Part shown: in pieces, positions 44,056 through 50,100 of the stretch
How positions within the stretch are numbered: the first letter of the stretch is position 1
Layout: every line of letters starts with the position of its first letter
Origin: Chiloscyllium plagiosum
Taxonomy: Eukaryota
Length of the DNA: 50,100 nucleotides
NCBI RefSeq assembly: GCF_004010195.1
Contig: NC_057719.1
Location: 14,551,760 to 14,601,859 of the forward strand
Reading direction: 5' to 3'
The notes under the pieces: model-generated
The model's database searches: none
What the model saw: only the letters and a program-made list of their open reading frames with translations
Told to the model about the DNA's origin: nothing
Position numbers and translations under genes: made by a program

Positions 44056-46561
44056 CCAACTACATGCAATTGAGATATCTCATGAGCAGGTCAACAATTA
44101 GGGGCTTCACTCCAAACATCTTAAGCATTTGCATAAACAAGTATCTTGATGATGAGAGAGCCTCGAAGAATTGAAGAAGTTTGTACTTATTAGAGCTTCA
44201 AGGATGAAACCTATCCTGCTAAGTTCATGCCTCATATATGAAGTTAGATATGTGAATGTGCAATTTCCTGTTTATGCCCAATAAGATTGTGCCTTTGAAC
44301 ATAATTTCAGAAACATGCCAAGCTAAGAAATATAAAATAGGTTCCTAACCATGAAGGTTAGGAAAGCCAACCAATCTGCAAAGCTCTGCTAACTTCATAG
44401 CAAAGCTTTAGTCTGACATTGGAAAACTGAATTATTGCCTCCTGTTCCCGTGGCCAACTTTCTAAAATCTCTGAGCATACTGAGAAAATTCTGCCTGAAA
44501 TCCATTACTAGTCTACTGACATATTCCCTTTGCTTTTAGTTGCCTAGTATATATGTGGATTAATATCCAGCAGCATTTTTGCATTAACCCTTTCTTATAT
44601 GACCCTCCACTTTCCTGATTTATACTCAGTCTAATATTAGAATAGTAGTAAAATATGGGCCATCAACTTTCAACTTGCATCATCTGAATGTTAATATTTA
44701 GGACTTAAGACAATAAGCCATCAAATTCAGCCAAACTCAACATGTGAAAAGCAAAGGCAATCTGAGCTAAAACGAACATTTTCTCAATCAGGCATTGTAA
44801 CTCAGTCATGCATGTAGAAACCTCAATTGTTACTTTTGATTTCCAAACGTCTGGAAGTTTCACATACTGAAATGAAAATCATATCCATATAAAAGAACAA
44901 TGATGCCAGACATGGGAACACACAAGTGACGTGTATTTCAGGAAAACAGTTTTTTGTGAAAGGGGAAGAAATAACATGGATTGGTAACACAAGAACTGAA
45001 ATCAATCTCCCTGTTTCATGTCCAATGACTCAAAAGCTGGTCCTGGTGATAAAACAGAGGAACTGAGAATTCTGCAATCCTTACTACTGCTAAGGATACC
45101 AGACATTAACTAAATAGCAGTGGTCTCGGGTTCAGTTATAACAATAAGGACTCGTAAGCACTTTTGAAACTTTGCGTTCTAGAACTTCCTGCAAAGGTAG
45201 ACAGTGTTTTCTTTTAAAATATTTTACCTGAGTTTATCTGTTATATATTACATTTTATTATTTTTCTCAAAATAAGTAAATAATAAAATTCCACTTCATT
45301 TCATTCAAGAAAACTTTGCATTTGACAGCTTAGTTTTGATTAGTATTATATTTCAATAGAAATCTGACATAGATGTATGCTATAAGAAAAATGTTTGACT
45401 GAGGTGTTTGAAAGAGATCTGATTTACCCCTCGTCACCTGGTTCTGGAACTATACAACAACAACTGTTGAAGAACTACGACAAGTCGCATTAATATTTTC
45501 TGCCCCTTGCTGTTTCTTTGCTCCACAGAAAAACCATTTGGTTCTTGATTTTCTGATCTGAAATTCTTTATCTCTAAAGTCTTTATCCTATTCTTTATTA
45601 TCAGGGCTATTCCTCCTTCATTTCTGCTCTTTCCACTTCTTTTAATTGCTAAATTTCATAAAATATTTAGTGGGCATTTTGCAAACACATCTGTAACGAT
45701 AATCACATTAAACCTATTCATTTCTGAGCCAGTAGCTTCTCTAAGTTGTTGTGATTTTGAATATAGCCCCTTTAGCATGGACTGTTACTGATATTGTTTT
45801 GTGAAATTACTTTAGTCATTAATACCTTTTAATCTCACTGTCCCTCCTTGATCCACATACTTCCTTCGCAGCTTTCATAGTTATCCTTTTCCTGATCTTC
45901 CAGCTGCTTATTTCACCAGGGAACTGGTAAGAGCCCAGTTTAACTGGAGCCCATTTCCACAGAACAGCTCTCCCTCACCCCCAGTGCTTCTGGTCAGTGG
46001 CACATGAAACTACTGCCTCCCACATCAATCCTTTAGCCACACATTCATGTTCCAATCCGCTTTTTTTTTCCCTCTCTGTCAATGGGCACACAGCTAAAGT
46101 ATCAATTCTGGGATTAGAAATTTTGAGTGCTACTTTACAATTTAACATCCTTCCCAATCTATCGATGTTGGTGATCCTTTCAAGAGCCACAACTGGATCC
46201 AATCCTCTTTCACTCCAGACTGTTCTCCAAACACAAAGAGAGGCTTTTGCCTTCAGTACTAAGCAGGTTTTGGACTGCTCGGTAGTGACTGAAAGGAATG
46301 GTGTTCACTCAGAGGTGTGGTGTTCCCTATCACAGCCACACTCCTTCACTTCCTTACTTGAATGGCCTCCTGCACAGTGGCCAATTTGTCCATCCACATC
46401 CACTTCACAGACACCTCTCACCTATTGATCAAAGTAAAGGGCTGGGTCACTCCATAACTATTCCTGGTGCCAATACTTGCCTGACAAAGCCCATGCACAG
46501 TACATGTGCCACATATTTAATGGTTTAGCATGTGTCTGGAGTATTCTTTGCCAAGTCAGTT

Positions 46562-46594
46562 CACACACACACACACACAGGCGCACACACACAC
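46562..46594 (+). repeat. (CA)n microsatellite
   Basis: Direct reading. Confidence 0.95.
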
Positions 46595-46629
46595 GTTGAA
46601 CTATGTCATAGTATGAGGGATACAAATGA

Positions 46630-46762
46630 TGTAGGAACGTAGAAAGTAGGAGTAGGCCATTCAGCCCTTCAAGCCCTTCAAGCCTGTCCCATCATTCAGT
46701 ATGATCATGCCTGCTCATCCAACTCAGTGCCATGTTCCTGTTTTATCCCCACACCCTCTGAA
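46630..46762 (-). mobile_element. CR1 3' end
   Basis: AGTAGGAGTAGGCCATTCAGCCCTTCAAGCC..ATGATCATG. Confidence 0.8.
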
Positions 46763-48454
46763 CATAGATTTAATGTGATTGTTGTTACAGATTCATTGCA
46801 AAATGACTAATAAATATTTTATGATATTTTGTATTTAAAAGAAGTAGGCAGAACAGAAATGAAGGAAGAATAACCCTGATACTAAAGAATAGGATAAAGA
46901 CCTTAAAATCATATCAAACTCCTACTTGAAAGCATTCAAAGTGTTCAGGTAATTCTTCCCTTCCTTAAGGTGCCAGAATATCTGCAGCTCATTCTCCAAC
47001 TCTATGATGCTGAACTGAGCTGGCTGCAGGCAATATGTGAGGATGCAGTTGTCCATTATCACAAACTTCAACATGGTGTACCGATGGCATTGTGCCTGGC
47101 CTGCTGTGCCTGTGTTACTCTGTGTATTCCCTTACTTATTTAGTTAATTGTTCAATTGAATCAACTATTTTAATTTCAGTTAAGTAATTGATTTTATCTA
47201 GTTTAAGCTTATAATTGAGAAAGGTTATAGCAAATTGCAGTTTCCCCGTTTAGAGACAAAAGTGAAACAGGAGGTCAATGGAAATTGAAAACCAACAACC
47301 TTTTCTTTCTCTGAATTGAGTTCCCACTTGCACCACATTTTGGGCTTTAGGAATATGTAAATGAAGCACACTTTCATGATCACACTTTGTTCCGTATTGT
47401 GCTCTTAAAACCAGCAGCAGAAAAGATTTCCATCCTATCAGCCTGGGCTGGAACTGAAACAGGGCCCCTATAAGGTCAGAGTTTAAGCTACCGTCACACA
47501 GTTCCTCTCTAATCATTGTGTGTAAGCCAATCTTAACAATGAAACAACAGGAAGGTGTCAGAACCTCAAATTTCAGAAATCATTAATGGGGCTTGGAAGC
47601 TAAATAATAATTTATTCCACTTTGGAACAAAACCATCAAGACAATACTGTGATTTGGTTTTTACTCACTTTGTACAGGCTAGATTTAAAGATCTGAAGCC
47701 ATTTATTAGATTCAGCGCATTCTCTCTAAATCTGATCAACAATAAACGCTGTCATTCATTGTTACAGTCCACAATGGGAGCATAAGACATCTGCTGTTAC
47801 ATGCTCCTCAGTTGTCCTTTTCTCCACCCTGTAGCATTCTTTCCCCAAACTGTCACATTTCCATTAAATTCAGAGATCCACTTGGTTATCAAACTTATAT
47901 TTGAGGTACACAAATTTACTTCAATGTTATTCAATCACCAAAATAATTGTTGATCAGTACATTATTTACTTGCAGGAAATAATCAAAAATAATGTCACTG
48001 TCTCAGAACATAATCTCTCATATAATCTTTTCCAAATCCTTTCAACATGTGTGTGTCCCTCACCCTCTCAGTGCCTTTCAACTCTCCAAGTGTAACAACA
48101 AATCTTCTGAGCAATGACACAGGATAGATATGAAAGGTTAATACATCTCAGTTATAACTAAGACATTGCGTGGTGTTTTGCCAAATTGTTACCTTATGCT
48201 TATTGAAAAATATTAAAACGCAACAGACGTCAGTGTTCAAACATCAAGATATGCTATACCACAACTAACTTGAAATGACCTCAGCATGTCTTATTTACTC
48301 CCTGCAGCATTTTACTTTTTGACATCACAGGGCAAGCAAAGCTAAAGGCATCTCCATTCCAAAGAACTAGCTTTGTAAACGGGCAGTTATAATATTCCTG
48401 CCTTGATAAAAGATTGTATCCTTTCACATTGAATAATGCTATGGGTGATTAAAT

Positions 48455-48965
48455 GATTACAGCTTCAATCCATCCGTCCAACTCGTCCAAGCCAACCAGG
48501 TATCCTAAATTAAATCAGTCTCATTTGCCAGCATTTGGCCCATATCCCTCTAAACCCTTCCTATTCATATACCCAACCAGATGCCTTTTAAATTTGTAAT
48601 TGCACACATTTCCACCACTTGTGGCAGCTCATTTCATACACATACCACCCTCTGCATGGAAAAGGTTGCCTTAGGTCCCTTTTCTATCTATCTTCTCTCA
48701 CCTTAAACTCATGCCCTCCAGTTTTGGAGTCCCCCACCCTGAGAAAAAGACCTTGACTAATCACCTTATCTACACCCCTGATGATTTTATAAACCTCTAT
48801 AAGGTCATCCTTCAGCATCCAACACTCCAGGGAAAATAGCCCCAGCTTATTCAGCCTGTCCCTGTAGCTCAAACCCTCCAACTCTGGCAAAAGATTTGTA
48901 AATCTTTTCTGCAACCGTTCAAGTTTAACAAATCTTTCCGATAGTGACGAGACCAGAATTGAACA
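48455..48965 (-). mobile_element. CR1 3' fragment
   Basis: VKLERLQKRFTNLLPELEGLSYRDRLNKLGLFSLE...LIEVYKIIRG. Confidence 0.92.
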
Positions 48966-48999
48966 TATTATTAAAACTATCAATAATCGAACGCATTTA

Positions 49000-49106
49000 A
49001 GAAACACAGAGAATGCTCGAGAAATGCTGCAGATCTGGCAGCATTTGTGGAGACAAAAAAAAGTGAACAATTTGAGTCCAATATGAACTAAGTTCTGAAG
49101 AAGGAT
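49000..49106. mobile_element. Degenerate PLE-terminus fold-back remnant (D-like), truncated by CR1
   Basis: A minus-oriented GAATGCTCGAGAAATGCTGCAGATCTGGCAGCATTTGTGGAG is followed by plus-oriented GTTCTGAAGAAGG. Confidence 0.55.
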
Positions 49107-50100
49107 AGACAATAGACAATAGACAATAGGTGCAGGAGTAGGGCATTCAGCCCTTCGAGCCTGGACCGCCATTCAATATAATCATGGCTGATCATTCCTA
49201 ATCAGTATCCTGTTCCTGCCTTATCTCCATAACCCTTGATTCCACTATCTTTGAGAGCTCTATCCAACTCTTTCTTAAATGAATCCAGAGACTAGGCCTC
49301 CACTGCCCTCTGGGGCAGACCATTCCACACAGCCACCACTCTCTGGGTAAAGAAGTTTCTCCTGAGCTCTGTCCTAAATGGTCTACCCCATACTTTTAAG
49401 CTGTGTCCTCTGGTTCGGCACTCACCCATCAGCGGAAACATGATTGCTGCCTCCAGAGTGTCCAATCCTTTAATAATCTTATACGTCTCAATCAGATCCC
49501 CTCTCAATCTTCGAAACTCAAGGGTATACAAGCCCAGTCGCTTCAATCTTTCAGTGTAAGGTAATCCTGCCATTCCAGGAATTGACCTCGTGAACCTACG
49601 CAGCACTCCCTCAATAGCCAGAATGTCTTTTCTCAAATTTGGAGACCAGAACTGCACACAGTACTCCAGGTATGGTCTCACCAGGGCCCTCTACAGCTGC
49701 AGAAGCACCTCTTTGCTTCTATACCTAATCCCTCTTGTTATGGAGGCCATCATGCTATTAGCCTTCTTCACTACCTGCTGTACCTGCATGCGTACCTTCA
49801 TTGACTGGTGTACAAGAACACCCAGATCCCTCTGTACTGCCCCTTTACATAAATTAATTCCATTGAGGTAGTAGTCTGCCTTCCCGTTCTTGCTACCAAA
49901 GTGGATAACCATACATTTATCCACATAAAACTGCATCTGCAATGCATCTGCCCACTCACTTAACTTGTCCAGGTCACCCTGTAATCTCCTAACATCCTCA
50001 TCACATTTCAACCTGTCACCCAGCTTAGTATCATCAGCAAATTTGCTAATGTTATTGCTGATACCATCTTCTATATCATTAACATATATTGAAAAAAGCT
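49106..50100 (-). mobile_element. Young CR1 LINE, RT to 3' end (continues off the window)
   Basis: KFADDTKLG, LQGDLDKLSEWA and RPYLEYCVQFWSPNLRKD; the tail reads (TAGACAA)3 on the plus strand. Confidence 0.97.

Larger units (their letters stand above)
45890..47115 (-). pseudogene. Decayed CR1 ORF1 (N-terminal Cys/leucine-zipper region plus SGNH esterase-like domain)
   Basis: The minus strand at about 46960-47105 reads AGQAQC...CILTYCLQ...IIELENELQIFWHLKEG. At about 45930-46220 it carries DPVV...TNIDR, WLKD.CGR and HWG.RELFCGNGLQLNWA remnants, matching the CR1 ORF1 esterase pattern. Confidence 0.7.

Overview
Repeat-dense, intronic or intergenic vertebrate DNA. It is almost certainly from an elasmobranch (shark), inferred from HE1-type SINEs and CR1/HER1-type LINE 3' ends. 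No intact host gene is recognisable. Most ORF-track entries are broken CR1 ORF2 pieces (APE endonuclease/RT), their antisense frames, or Penelope GIY-YIG fragments. The window holds more than 25 CR1-clade LINE fragments, HE1 SINEs, a second SINE family together with its apparent partner LINE, a decayed CR1 ORF1 (Cys/zipper + SGNH esterase) and four Penelope-like element (PLE) fragments. The most striking signal is about 12 short (100-410 bp) non-coding insertions derived from PLE termini. They fall into at least five sequence families. Each family carries a minimal type I hammerhead ribozyme motif (CTGANGA-N-stem II-GAAA-palindromic stem III) with a different but base-paired stem II. Most copies have 10-16 bp target-site duplications. 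Many are fold-back palindromes with a near-constant 35-38 nt unpaired tail. Boundaries of old repeats are approximate and were read by eye.
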